A stretch of 64,000 nucleotides of DNA. Origin: a virus. Lineage: Duplodnaviria > Caudoviricetes. This document shows positions 20,501 to 32,000 of the stretch, one piece after another. Where the stretch lies: the IMG/VR virus record IMGVR_UViG_3300046167_000801; one strand, given 5' to 3'. The position numbers were made by a program, and so were the translations under genes. Within the stretch, counting starts at the first letter, position 1. The number at the start of each line of letters is the position of its first letter. The notes under the pieces were generated by a model. It searched no databases. It was not told the origin of the DNA and worked only from the letters and a program-made list of their open reading frames with translations.

Positions 20501-21466
20501 GACACTGGGGTACACTATTATTATAGATCAACACCATATGACGGTACTAATTTTATTGGTGGTAAAAATGAAGAAAATAGTCAGACTAACCCCGAAATAT
20601 TATTTCCAACAACAATTATGGATTTAGGGCCAAGAAACATGTTCATTAAGGAGATATGTGTAGACCCTGAATTAGATGTAAACTGTTCAGTATCTAAGAG
20701 TATTGGAAATACATCATACCAAGACATAAACGACCTAATGGAGTGGGTTATATCCTCTAAAGAGGTCAAAGAAAAGGGAAAACTAAAAGTACAAGATCTT
20801 TTTGATAAAAGGGGTAATGGATCAATGGACGGAGATATTGTTCAATTATTAAATTTCAACTCTCAACTTGGAATATACGGGTACGACGATGAGGACCAAG
20901 ATAGTCCCTACTTCCCTGTTAATGGGGCTGAGTATTTTGATGGTGTTGGACCACTAAGTTTAAACTTTCGTTTTTCTGAAGATGATCAAGATACTGAAAT
21001 TGTTGAAAAAGATGGTACGTTACTTAGAATATGTATAAACTCATCAGGTAATTTAACCGAAACAGCTCAGGATGTCCCATATTATAGGTGGGATAAAAAG
21101 GGTGACGGATTTGGTGGTGATGTAGCGACCGGTACCAATTCAAACGGTGAGACTACGTATAGTGTTACCGATTCAGAAACCCAAGATTGGTCGAGAAATA
21201 CCATATACTCAACCAAATATCAGGGAGGGTGGACCTTTCCCGGTTTAATGGAAATAGACCCATATAACGATGCCGGTGGGGATCCAACAGACGAGATAAA
21301 TAGTCATTACTATGATGGTAGTATTTTACCACCATTTCGTGAGTGTGCCGACGATAATTACATACCAGATGAAGTACCACTTGGTGGACCTTACCACTTT
21401 TACTTCGGTTTAAGAACTGGTAAAAGTTCTTGGAATAAATTTATTAAAAACTTCGGTCCGTTATGA
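17582..21466 (+). CDS. Large virion structural protein (baseplate/tail region)
   Basis: 1294-aa ORF in the baseplate block. Its N-terminal GVVCGRIT...GVANARVSIFIP...GDFMIWGVPVG resembles a carboxypeptidase-regulatory/transthyretin-like beta-sandwich. Confidence 0.6.
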   Translation: MMQKHRIRTEIGNNQKLTVELKQDYDLLEILSLKFSQKDAYTSLCADYGVVCGRITANQGFGVANARVSIFIPLDDVDEQDPVVSALYPYKLTQDTNTDGYKYNLFPKRKQHTGHTPTGTFPDQEDILTREEVLYVYEKYYKYTVKTNDAGDFMIWGVPVGKQTIHVDVDLSDMGCQSLVPYDFIYEGVSEEKFENNYSFRSSSDIGSLPQTLTFEESLEVYPFWGNEDLCEIGITRTDYDLSEQGIRIEPYSIMMGGTFTDSGKDSVRVRCNVDNQMGEKCALVTGEGDIEAIRFSGYYEENNDGTPNFERPILEAIQLDSQIDKEGNFFFRVPMNMGYRITNEFGELVETKDTQRGIPTRGTYRFRFSLQNDNGQKKQYRGKYLVPQVKEHQLSGEIHPNAYTFSDNLDDYPSDSHDDITGINNNGFANDMFYSFRYNRVYTVSSFINQYHNKSWGERVFPFFAKDRNESFIGIKEIQPSIEEDCSNNNEYFPITDAVRNHKFKFLITTILNFLERLYLIITQFAFDFIVEFIFDVSEILYDIKIPVVKYRPFKSTARRISRFARQIQIATIRNLELINYPDCYECSKDPLTGSDGTPGGDTYEIVLINDDGDEIEFPTGSTSSYLESIVNASGLTAVNSNIVTNHPYDPNDGTSSGSPDYLDLTITGGHPDKNYIIKFIVEPEVGYTDPNTGEYIITSQAVYYYLFIGYGSDSPVNDSVTGRYDGLSYEIFTAYYDSNNTDMSGSLPDEYPGTVLSAVGQFTIHTVYFYGEKQVNTTSNDLAESGCSKYDTIYDPDNDMSLKAYLNNAGGTNDYNYWVGVGSQGSAYPDIFIDTEDPCNYTPPSFDIVASISAWYKEAGKTGDPYTSRRCRIADGHAPDRETGIPAGTASGHSEFRDGVYTLIAAAGKNRAMILNYSRRKLLGKLMCGGITSYTFSNSWLNGSLYFFQFRRRKGGNNAKYCKDVIHREVDDTGVHYYYRSTPYDGTNFIGGKNEENSQTNPEILFPTTIMDLGPRNMFIKEICVDPELDVNCSVSKSIGNTSYQDINDLMEWVISSKEVKEKGKLKVQDLFDKRGNGSMDGDIVQLLNFNSQLGIYGYDDEDQDSPYFPVNGAEYFDGVGPLSLNFRFSEDDQDTEIVEKDGTLLRICINSSGNLTETAQDVPYYRWDKKGDGFGGDVATGTNSNGETTYSVTDSETQDWSRNTIYSTKYQGGWTFPGLMEIDPYNDAGGDPTDEINSHYYDGSILPPFRECADDNYIPDEVPLGGPYHFYFGLRTGKSSWNKFIKNFGPL

Positions 21467-23208
21467 TAAAAAAGAAAATTGTTGCACCAAGTAAACGTTA
21501 TAAAAAGGCGGAATCTGAAGATTTAACTTTAAGAATAAATTTTGAAGAGGATAAGAGTTTATTAAGGGAGGGTGATAAAAATATAGTTTTAGACATTGCA
21601 GAACTTTATAGAAAGGAACGTAATGAAAGTACCAAATATAGAATTTATGGTAAAATGAATATGGTGTTTAGAAACACATATAGCGGAACTACCACATACG
21701 ATCCTTTACGTAACAACCTTTATATTATAGGTGATGGTCTTGATGGTGATTTTACGGGACACTTACCATATAACGAATTTGCATTCATTAGAAACGATTA
21801 TGTTAGAGAAGTCTCCATTTCAACAGGTACTACAATGGGGACCTATGATCCCAATATATTTATAACAGGTGATACCACACATAGAGTGATAAATGAAATA
21901 GACTCTGCATCTACAAATTGGAATGTGTTTTTATCATATGTCTATGATAAAGACTCAACACACCAAATGAAGTATACTTTGTCGGGAAATACGGAGTATA
22001 GTTTTACAGCATCTAATGGAGTACCGTTTAGGATAACGGAGTATCCGAACTACTACGAACTTACAAGTCCAATACCACATAATATGAAACAGGGGGAATT
22101 CGTAATAGTTTCAGGAACTTCAATAAGTAGTGGTACCGAATTGGATAGAATATTCCCAATATCTTCAGTAGGTAATGAAATATTTGACTCTGAGAAATAT
22201 GTATTAATCATACAAAAGTCAGCACTATCTAATTCACAAACAATGAGTGGGGTGGTTTTCGGTAAAAGATGTATAGACAAATTAAGAATGTCGGGAACAA
22301 CATCTGAGTATTATGTTCATAAACACAAAATACTCACAAATACCGACGACTGTATAATAGATAGAACAGGTTTTGAAACACCTGTTTTTGAAATAGAAAG
22401 AAAATTACAGTTTGAAACCGCAGACAATAGAAATGATGTGTATACAGTACAGAATAGACCTGAAACGGTTCTATTTCATTTTAAAGATGAGATAGACATA
22501 AATGGTCTAATAAATAATTTAGGTTATACAATAACGGACCTTTATGTAACGAAAGTGTTTAAAAATGGTAATGGATATTTCCAATATCCCCCAAGACACG
22601 GTTATAAATTTCATTTTCATAATAATTGGGTGGATAATCATTTTGATACTTCATTTTCAGGGTCAGACTTAGGACTACAATCAACCAACTTTAGTAATAG
22701 TGGTTTTACATTTACAAAAGGTACTGAACTTCAGAGAGATGATGAGATATTAGGTGCATTTGTGGAATACAATAAAGAAGATTTTAAAGAAACTATATTG
22801 TCTGAGTCGTTTCATAAATACACAATTGATTTTAACATTTTTAATCACGGACAAATAGATCCAAGTGTCGGATCAACCGTAACAAATCCTTTAGGGTTAT
22901 ACTACCAACCTCACCAAAGGGTTAAATTAAGAGAATTATCACCATACGTGGAGACCGCAAATACGGATCAAATATATGGACTACCTGAGAACTCTGTTTA
23001 CGATGAATATAGGGTTTTATGGAAATGGAGAGATTTATATGACCATGGTTATATTGATCCCGATGGGTTTGGAACAAACCACCCATTTACAAATGGACAA
23101 CATTACGTCAAATCTGACATAAACTTTTACCTTAGAAATGAGGAGACCTTCATGAATAAAAGTGATGGTTTAACTAATTTCAGTGAGGATAACGATGGAA
23201 TATGTTAG
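21463..23208 (+). CDS. Putative virion structural protein (581 aa)
   Basis: 4-bp overlap with the upstream gene; beta-rich composition; structural cluster. Confidence 0.55.
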   Translation: MIKKKIVAPSKRYKKAESEDLTLRINFEEDKSLLREGDKNIVLDIAELYRKERNESTKYRIYGKMNMVFRNTYSGTTTYDPLRNNLYIIGDGLDGDFTGHLPYNEFAFIRNDYVREVSISTGTTMGTYDPNIFITGDTTHRVINEIDSASTNWNVFLSYVYDKDSTHQMKYTLSGNTEYSFTASNGVPFRITEYPNYYELTSPIPHNMKQGEFVIVSGTSISSGTELDRIFPISSVGNEIFDSEKYVLIIQKSALSNSQTMSGVVFGKRCIDKLRMSGTTSEYYVHKHKILTNTDDCIIDRTGFETPVFEIERKLQFETADNRNDVYTVQNRPETVLFHFKDEIDINGLINNLGYTITDLYVTKVFKNGNGYFQYPPRHGYKFHFHNNWVDNHFDTSFSGSDLGLQSTNFSNSGFTFTKGTELQRDDEILGAFVEYNKEDFKETILSESFHKYTIDFNIFNHGQIDPSVGSTVTNPLGLYYQPHQRVKLRELSPYVETANTDQIYGLPENSVYDEYRVLWKWRDLYDHGYIDPDGFGTNHPFTNGQHYVKSDINFYLRNEETFMNKSDGLTNFSEDNDGIC

Positions 23209-24162
23209 ATGAAAATTAGATTTAATCAAAATAATAAGAACTTATTAATCAATAAGGAACAAAACTTTAAAACTGATGCTGGGTGGGATGAGAATTTTCA
23301 GTCATATGAGGATGAGGTTTTAAAAGATATTATAAATCCTGTTGAGAACTACGAAACTAATAGGTATGTTCATAAACCTTACGTTTCTACAATAGGTCAA
23401 GCACCTGGTTCAGGAGACACGTCAGCTCCTGACGGTAGTAATGATTCCGCATTTTCAACATCATTATTTACAACTACTGTTAGTTCCGTAGAACAAACTG
23501 ATATATGGTTTTACTTTTATTTTAAAAACCCATCGAATGTCTACACATTAGATTATAAAAATGTAGGTATTACCCAAACAGATAAATTAATGGCTAACTT
23601 AAAATATAGTTTTTTTAGGTTAGAGTTTTATAAAACCCCCAATAACGAACCACCTAACAGATCTAATAGGAGATTGGTTTTTGCAAAAAATTTAGCACCC
23701 GCGGTTGGAGAAAGAGCAACCTTTGAAAATAAGTTTGAGAAAATGTATGTACCTGTATTTTTCGGTTCAAGTATGAGAAACAAAGAGAACATGTATCTTT
23801 TTTGGTTCCATGATGATACTGTTTTAGAAGAGACAGAACTTACGGGAACTACTTTCTTTATGACCGCAAAGTTCTACAATTCTTTTGATGGTAGTAAGGT
23901 ACCATTTGCAAATAAAGAAATAACAGACACTTCGAGCATTGTAGAAGAACAAGATCTATACTTCCAAGTAGAGATGGATAGGACCAACACACCCACATAC
24001 CATTACACTATTTCAGAATACAATGGAACTTCCCCATACACATCAAATCGAAAGGGTATGAGTGGAGACCCTATAAAGTTTTATGAAATACCGACAGTGG
24101 TTGATAGTGTTCCTCCACCAAATTCTTCAACACCTGACGACTCTAATACTTCAACTGATTAA
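23209..24162 (+). CDS. Putative virion structural protein (317 aa)
   Basis: Abuts its neighbours (TAGATG junction); structural cluster. Confidence 0.55.
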   Translation: MKIRFNQNNKNLLINKEQNFKTDAGWDENFQSYEDEVLKDIINPVENYETNRYVHKPYVSTIGQAPGSGDTSAPDGSNDSAFSTSLFTTTVSSVEQTDIWFYFYFKNPSNVYTLDYKNVGITQTDKLMANLKYSFFRLEFYKTPNNEPPNRSNRRLVFAKNLAPAVGERATFENKFEKMYVPVFFGSSMRNKENMYLFWFHDDTVLEETELTGTTFFMTAKFYNSFDGSKVPFANKEITDTSSIVEEQDLYFQVEMDRTNTPTYHYTISEYNGTSPYTSNRKGMSGDPIKFYEIPTVVDSVPPPNSSTPDDSNTSTD

Positions 24163-25083
24163 ATGATGAATAAGAATTATTATAAAATACTAAAATCAAT
24201 CACTGGTACAACATACCATTTACCAATATACTTGGACAGTAAAGGTTATGAGATGGGTGGAATGGTTGGATTCGAAGGAGATATTGAACAAGTTGAACAA
24301 ATAACGAACTTTAATTACCAACATACAGGTGGTAATACGATTAGATTATATAACTCAGTTAATAGGGATGCATTAAGAATAATTAAAAATGAAAATTTTT
24401 CTATTGATTGGGGTGATGGATCAGTAGATACCATTGGTGTTGGTCTTGGTAATAGTTTGGAATATAAACAACATACATTTCCTTCTTCAGGTACTTATAA
24501 TGTGTCTATTGGTTTAACTAATAATTGGACTCAGAAAAAAATAACAAAAAAAATTACAGTACCCGAAAACACAACAGTGAGTAACTCTAACGGATCTTTT
24601 GGACCATTTATATTACCGTATACTACGGGAGTTACTATCACCCAAGATTACATAAATGATTTAGATTATGTAGAAAAGGACTCAGACGGACCAATATATT
24701 TTGCGGCTAAGGGGAGAAGTAGGTTAAGTGAATTAAAGAGATATGGAGAAAGTACTTATCAAGGAACAACAGTAGGTACCGACGGTGTGGGTAGTTATAC
24801 GGGGTATACTATAGATAATTTATCATATAAGGATTATGATGACGGAATAACAACAATAACGGGAACAACAACAGATTTTCAAAAAGAAGAGGTCTTTAAT
24901 GAGATGTTAACGAGAAACGAACATTTCATTGGATTTATTGACGAACCAACCATTTTTTCCGACGTATTTGTTGAAAGAGGTAAACAAGGGGTTTTGGAAA
25001 TGAACCTCAGATTAGGAGAAATTGATAACGTAGGTGAAATTGATATCTACGGAAATGGATTTTTCCAAGTTAAAAAACAATAG
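24163..25083 (+). CDS. Putative virion protein with a PKD-like Ig domain
   Basis: FSIDWGDGSVDT...QHTFPSSGTYNVSI is the PKD WGDG...H.Y...G.Y.V signature. Confidence 0.65.
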   Translation: MMNKNYYKILKSITGTTYHLPIYLDSKGYEMGGMVGFEGDIEQVEQITNFNYQHTGGNTIRLYNSVNRDALRIIKNENFSIDWGDGSVDTIGVGLGNSLEYKQHTFPSSGTYNVSIGLTNNWTQKKITKKITVPENTTVSNSNGSFGPFILPYTTGVTITQDYINDLDYVEKDSDGPIYFAAKGRSRLSELKRYGESTYQGTTVGTDGVGSYTGYTIDNLSYKDYDDGITTITGTTTDFQKEEVFNEMLTRNEHFIGFIDEPTIFSDVFVERGKQGVLEMNLRLGEIDNVGEIDIYGNGFFQVKKQ

Positions 25084-25088
25084 AATAA

Positions 25089-25096
25089 TATTTATT
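25089..25096 (+). promoter_or_regulatory. TATTTATT putative late promoter motif
   Basis: Upstream of ATG 25109. Confidence 0.5.
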
Positions 25097-25108
25097 AATT
25101 AAAAGGAT

Positions 25109-26023
25109 ATGGCAGTAGGTAGTTATGGTACAGTTAGACCGGCAGATGTGTCACCAGCAGACGTAGAAATTTTCTATCATTACGTTTCGGGGAGAACATC
25201 CGACGCACCTGTACAATTTAAAAAATTAAATTCAGAAGATATATTAACACCTGTCTATCACAATTCAGATACGACGGACGCGGCTAACGCACCCGACGTA
25301 GAAATTTTAGGTGGGTTATATAATTTAAAGTTAGATACGGCGGACTTTGATGAGTTAGGTATATATACCTTACATCTTAGACCTAAACAGATAAGGACAT
25401 CTATAACTGATTGTGGGGTGTTAGCATCATTACCATCGGTAAGAGGAATTATTATAGATCTTAGTAATGTACCTGCCACAGATAGAAATAAGTTTAACCC
25501 TCAAGGGTTGGTTGGATACAGAGTTGAGTATTTGAATAGTGACGGAAGTAAAACCCCTAATTTTTATAGAGTTGTTACATCCTCATTCTACTGTACTCCT
25601 ATTACATCAAACCTGACGAGTACAACTCAAAAGGCGATAAGATACCAATACACAGACCAAGCAACTAATTTGTTGTTTTTAACGGTAACCCCGTCATCAG
25701 CACCATCAAATAGACCAAATACGGTACCTTTTATAGGGGAACCATCTCAAAATATAATTCTATCAAATACATTCTTTAACCCTACTACGGTTGAGGTTGA
25801 AATGGTAGAACATGACGAGACAACATTAGCATATGCATTCTATGGTAATCAGACTAAATCTATCTCTGATGGAATATATACAATCTATACCGCAGAAAAC
25901 AATATCTACAAACAATTTAACTTGTTTGAAGTAAGAGATGAGTTCAACGAAACACTTTTCGAAGTGAGAGAAGAGAGGGACGACATTGATGAAACTAAAA
26001 ACTTTGATGATATCACTGAATAA
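25109..26023 (+). CDS. Putative virion structural protein (304 aa)
   Basis: ORF in the structural cluster; 1-bp TAATG overlap with the next gene. Confidence 0.6.
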   Translation: MAVGSYGTVRPADVSPADVEIFYHYVSGRTSDAPVQFKKLNSEDILTPVYHNSDTTDAANAPDVEILGGLYNLKLDTADFDELGIYTLHLRPKQIRTSITDCGVLASLPSVRGIIIDLSNVPATDRNKFNPQGLVGYRVEYLNSDGSKTPNFYRVVTSSFYCTPITSNLTSTTQKAIRYQYTDQATNLLFLTVTPSSAPSNRPNTVPFIGEPSQNIILSNTFFNPTTVEVEMVEHDETTLAYAFYGNQTKSISDGIYTIYTAENNIYKQFNLFEVRDEFNETLFEVREERDDIDETKNFDDITE

Positions 26024-29000
26024 TGGCGAAAAGAAAAGTTCCAAGTCAAGCTGCAAGCGGAAGGGATACCTTTAATGATAACTTAATCGGTAATCAAATT
26101 ACTGATGGGTCAAGTCAGCTGACTGCAACAAACTTTTCGATAGATAAGACGATACCACAAAGAGATACTAAAAGTTTCACATCTGTACCTTTCTCTGAGT
26201 TCTTAACGATAGATGATCTTAAAGAAGAAACTGAAGCACCTAAAACTAAATCTAATAGGTCAGTAAAGAAAGAGGGTAAGGTAAAATTTAGACAAAATAA
26301 AGACGCGGGTTCTAAGACATTATTTGGGTCTTTAAATAAGAGGTTATCCTCATCTGTCAATAATATAATAGAACAATTCCCTGCGGGATTTTATATTGAC
26401 AAGGATACTCCCATTTCATTTTCACAATATACCGCTGAAAATATCACATACGATATTAAGGCGAGAACAACCACTTTTAAGTTTGAGAAGTCAAAAATAT
26501 TCAACCCTTTAGACATTGTACTTGAAAAACCTTCAAGTAATGTAAGTCCTGAGGTTAGTAATGAGTTTAAAAACTTTTTTGAAAATTATTCCAAGTACTC
26601 CCTTATTATTGATGAGGTAGAGTATGAAATACTAACATATTCAAAGGCGGGTACTGACGGACTTATAACATTAAAGGTTAAGGGTAAACCGTTTAGTGGA
26701 TCGACATACAGTGAAAACTTCCTTATTAGACCTATCAGTAATACTGTAGAAGAATTCTTCGAAAGTTTAGATGATTTAGAAAAGTTAATATTAGATAGGG
26801 AATCTTCACCAAGGTATACTGCGGAGTTTAAATTACCAAAAGATTCTTTAGATGGTTCTAAAACAGAAACAGTAACCACTAAAATTACTTGGCCAGTCTT
26901 TAAAGACAATTGGAATATAAAGATAGGAGGTACAGAATATCTCTCATACCTTGAAAGTTTAAAATCGATTGGTGATGAGATTGATCAATATAAGTCTAAT
27001 TTAATTTCAAGATTCTTAACGACCGCATCTCTAAACGAGTTTGATACTGAAGACCAAAGAATGTCTTCAATGTTTCAGATCTACGGTAGTGGGTTTGATT
27101 CTGTTAAGAAATTTATAGACAACATAGCATACATGAGAAATGTAAGTTATGATAAAATCAATAACATCCCCGATGTACTATTAAAGAATTTATCAAATAC
27201 CTTAGGTTTAGATTCTGTAAATCTATTTGATGAGAAAACATTTGAAGATACACTATATTCAAGAATAGAAAGTCAATTCGAGGGTAACAACCTTGGAATG
27301 AATATGGTTGAGGCGGAGGCGGAATTCTATAGAAGGTTGGTCATCAATCTTGTAAGAATTTACAAATCAAAAGGTACAAGAAAATCAATTGAATTTTTCT
27401 TAAGATTTATTGGTGCACCTGAACCTCTAATTAAAATAAATGAGCACGTATACAAATATGATGATGTAAAGAAGTTGTCTTTAGATATTGATAACGACAT
27501 TTATGATTTAACTCAATTAGAAAAAACATTCACTGTTGGTCATATAGACCTTGAGGATAAAACATATTCTTTTATATACCAAGGAATAACAACCACGGGT
27601 ACCACAACATATCAAGTAGATGAGTATCCGATAGTATTGACGGGAACAACAAAGTATGGTGATACACAAAAGATTGTAAGTGAGAATAATGATGTGTTCT
27701 TCCAAAAAGGTGCGGGTTGGTATGAGATAAGTTTACAACATAGGTCATCAACGGAATTAGATACAGAAAATTCTAATTTGTTGTCTAACCCAAAAATTAT
27801 AAAAACAAAGAATAAAGATTTCACGTATGGTGAAGATTATTTTGATTTATATCGACAGTTTTATGGGTTAGATTATGGACACGAATTACACAATACCATA
27901 GACAACAATAAAACGGAGTTATTATCGGATACAGATTCAAAAACTTTAAATAGAAAAAATATACAAATTTATCTATCGTCCGCACAAGGTATTGATTATG
28001 ATGTATATAGAAAATCGAGAGATTTAGAGGTAAGTTTCGGATTAAAGACTTTAGAACCTCAAACAGGTTTCACATTTGCGGAGTACATGGATAACGTATT
28101 GAATGAACAAATACGTAACTCACACACTGTAAAATACCAAAAATCTTATATTCAATTAGAAGATGTTTATTGGGGGTATTTAGAAAAAGTCGGTACACCA
28201 TATAGTTTCCCAACAGTTAATGAGTTCATTAATAGAATGAGTCCTCATTGGGTGGAAATAATAGAACAGTTTGTACCTGCAACAACTTTATGGACTGGTG
28301 GTAATATCTTAGAAAATAGTCGTATTGGTAGGTCCAAACACGATTACCTAAAACCGTGTACTATTGAACAGGTTGAGGACAATTTATATCCTAAATTAGG
28401 TTTCGAACACTCTATAGAGGAAGATTTAGAAGTTTATTTTTTAGGTGACAAGGATTTATTCAGGGGGTTAACTGTTGTAAGTGGGGTCACTTACGTCCTA
28501 AAGATAGTTTTAATGGGAGAAGAATATACCGCGTCTTCTCCGATCACACTTACAGGAGGACAATTATTTGATCCATTTATTTCTACTTCTGAATGTACAA
28601 CTATTAATGATGTTATTTTTAGTGGTGGTGAGACTTTTGACGGGTCAAAACATTTACCATTACTCTGTGATTTTAAATGTAATCTAAACCCTGACAGAGA
28701 CGTATTGGATCCTTTATGGGTCAATGCGGTCAACAGTATATTCTCTCAAATAAATGAAAAATATTATACTAAAACAGCATATACTGGTTATGACACCATT
28801 AGTAACCACGCGGGTGGAGAAGGATATGAAAGAATCACAGGTAATACAGAAACAAGTGATGAAAATCAAAATATAGAAAATGGGTTTAATAATCAACTAT
28901 CAACTAACGGTGAAAACTATGGATATGAAAATGTACCTATAGTTTCTCACGAAATCTTTACTGATAGTGATGGTGTCCAAAAAATAAGAATTACACCGTT

Positions 29001-32000
29001 TACATACGACACACAATTATATATTGCAAACCCTGGTGATCCATACGGTGATGCATACATACCCGCAGATTTAGATTGTTTAGATTTAAGTACGTTTGAT
29101 TTCTTTTGGGAATCAACATATCTAACAGGTACTACACAATGTGACCCTAAGGTTAAGGTTTACGGTCCTAATACTTTCTACACATTACCAGAGGATGAGG
29201 ACGATTGTATCTTAATGGAGGATGTATATTTTGAAGTATCAGGAGTTACATTTGGTAATGAAGATACTGTAGATGATGGAGATCCATGTACCGATTGTCC
29301 ACCATATAATACATCGTGGCCGTTAAACATATTCATAGATTGTGTGGGTGGATATAACGAATCAATTAGTGGTCATACATATACGGTTAATCATGTTTCG
29401 GGATGTACGTTTGTCGTTAACAATGTTAGAGAAAATGATATCATTGATATATCAATAACAGACGCTGCGAATTGTGATCAAAAAATAAGAATAGAGGGAT
29501 TACAACAAAAATTTGAATGGGACCCTGTAGATGGTGATGATGTGACTACATCAAGAAGTCATTATTTACAATACTCATTTGATACTTACGATGATGGGGA
29601 TGACCCCGATAGTAGTGACCCCCTTAATAGTCAATCGGGTATTACTTTCTGTGATAACTATTCAGGATATACTCTACAACCTATTGTACAATATAGACCT
29701 ACGTTTGATTATGGTCTAAGACAAAATACTAAAGTTATAAAAGTAAATAATGGTGTTATACTTGACGAAAATACAACTTGGGATCAAATACAAACCTATT
29801 TAGATGATAATACTTTAGAAAAAATAAACATTGAAAATGTTGTAATAGGTGATCAATTACTTTCAGGGGTATATAAAGATTGTCCTTTCTCATCTCAAGA
29901 CTATAACGATGCGGTTATTAGTGGATATTCGTTCTCTTATGATTACAAGGTCGTAACGGTTGAAAATAAAGACTGTTTAGGTTCCACAAAAATTAACAAG
30001 ATAAATGAGAGATTTAGTTTTTTACCTAACACTAGATTATGGGTAATGACTAAAACAATGGAAGATGGAAGTCAGGGTGATAATTGGAGATTCACTGAAA
30101 AGTATCCTGAAGAATTATACCCAAGACCTGATGACCCTATTGATCCTTGTTGTAGTTACCAAGTTGGTTACTATGAAAGTGGAGATTATATATTTAATGA
30201 ACATGGTTTCCCTATAGAAGTACTAAAAGTCGATTTAGATTATTGTGTTAGAGATTTATTTTACCATTTAAATGTTAGTCCAACATCAGTTTACGATGTT
30301 TCAACTAACTGTTCTGAAGTTATTCTTTTCAATGGAGACTCCGAAGATTGTGTATTAGTTGGACATGACGAACAGAAGTTCGAAAACATGGACATGAAAA
30401 TGCAACAATACTTCCAAGATAAGTTAGATTGTTCTGACATGCCGGATATAGATGACATTGAAAGAGATTTAACAGGATTAGATGATTGTGATACATTAAA
30501 TGCGTTTAAACTTAAACACTTTGATACGGGAGAAATAAGATATACCGCAATAAACGAAGATTTTAATATAGGTGATGCGGTAAATATTGAATTCATTAAC
30601 AGTGGATCTCAAAATGAAGAAATTAACCTAATTCAAAAATTATCACCAGGTCAAAATTGTTGGATTGTAATATCTAAAGTCTATGCCAATGTTATTGAAT
30701 ATATGGTATCGGGTCCATGTGATGATGTTAGACGACCAGGTCCATCGGCAACACCAACAAGTACTCCGACTCCCACACCTACACCTACTAATAGTCCAAC
30801 CCCTACACCTACTAGTAGTCCTACACCAACAAGTACAGAAACTCCTACCCCTACACCTACTATTAGTCCTACACCTACGGATACTCCAGTACCAACTAGT
30901 ACTGAAACACCTACACCTACACCTACGGACACACCAATACCTACGAGTACGGAGACACCAACACCTACACCCACACCAAATTGTGACTTTGACATAGATG
31001 TGGATTTGACAACTCCTACTCCTACACCTACTCCTACACCAACTATCGACTGTGATTTTGATATTGATGTGGATTTGACAACTCCAACTCCTACACCAAC
31101 AAATACATCGACACCTACACCAACTCCTACACCGAATTGTGATTTTGATATTGATGTAGATTTAACTACACCCACACCAACACCTAGCCCAACAAGTACA
31201 CTAACCCCAACACCAACTATCGACTGTGACTTTGATATTGATGTAGATTTAACTACACCCACACCTACACCAAGTCCTACACCTACATTAGATTGTGACT
31301 TTGATATTGATGTTGACTTAACTACACCAACACCCACACCAAGCCCAACAAGTAGTCCAACACCAACACCCACATTAGATTGTGATTTCGACATTGATGT
31401 AGATTTAGTAACTCCGACTCCAACAAGTACTAATATACCACCCACATCAACCCCAACACCTACTCCTACACCAAATTGTGATTTTGATGTGGACGTTGAT
31501 TTAGTGACACCAACACCTACACCAAGCCCTACAGAACCGATACCAACGAATGTCTCAAATCCAACACCAACCCCTACACCCACATTAGATTGTGATTTCG
31601 ACATTGATGTAGATTTGGTAACACCTACACCAACCTCAACTCCTACAAGTACTCCAACTCCAACGGAAAGTAGTACACCAACACCAACTCCATCACCTAC
31701 ACCTAACTGTGATTTCGACATTGATGTGGATTTGGTAACACCTACCCCAACTCCAACAAGTAGTCCTACACCAAGTCCTACAAGTAGTCCAACACCTACA
31801 CCCACACCAGATTGTGACTTCGATATAGATATTGATGTGGTAACTCCGACCCCCACACCATCACCAAGCCCAACAAGTACTAATACTCCTACATTTACTC
31901 CAACTCCAACAAGTACTAATACCCCAACACCGACTCCAACACCTAATTGTGATTTCGACATTGATGTAGATTTGGTAACACCTACTCCTACACCATCTCC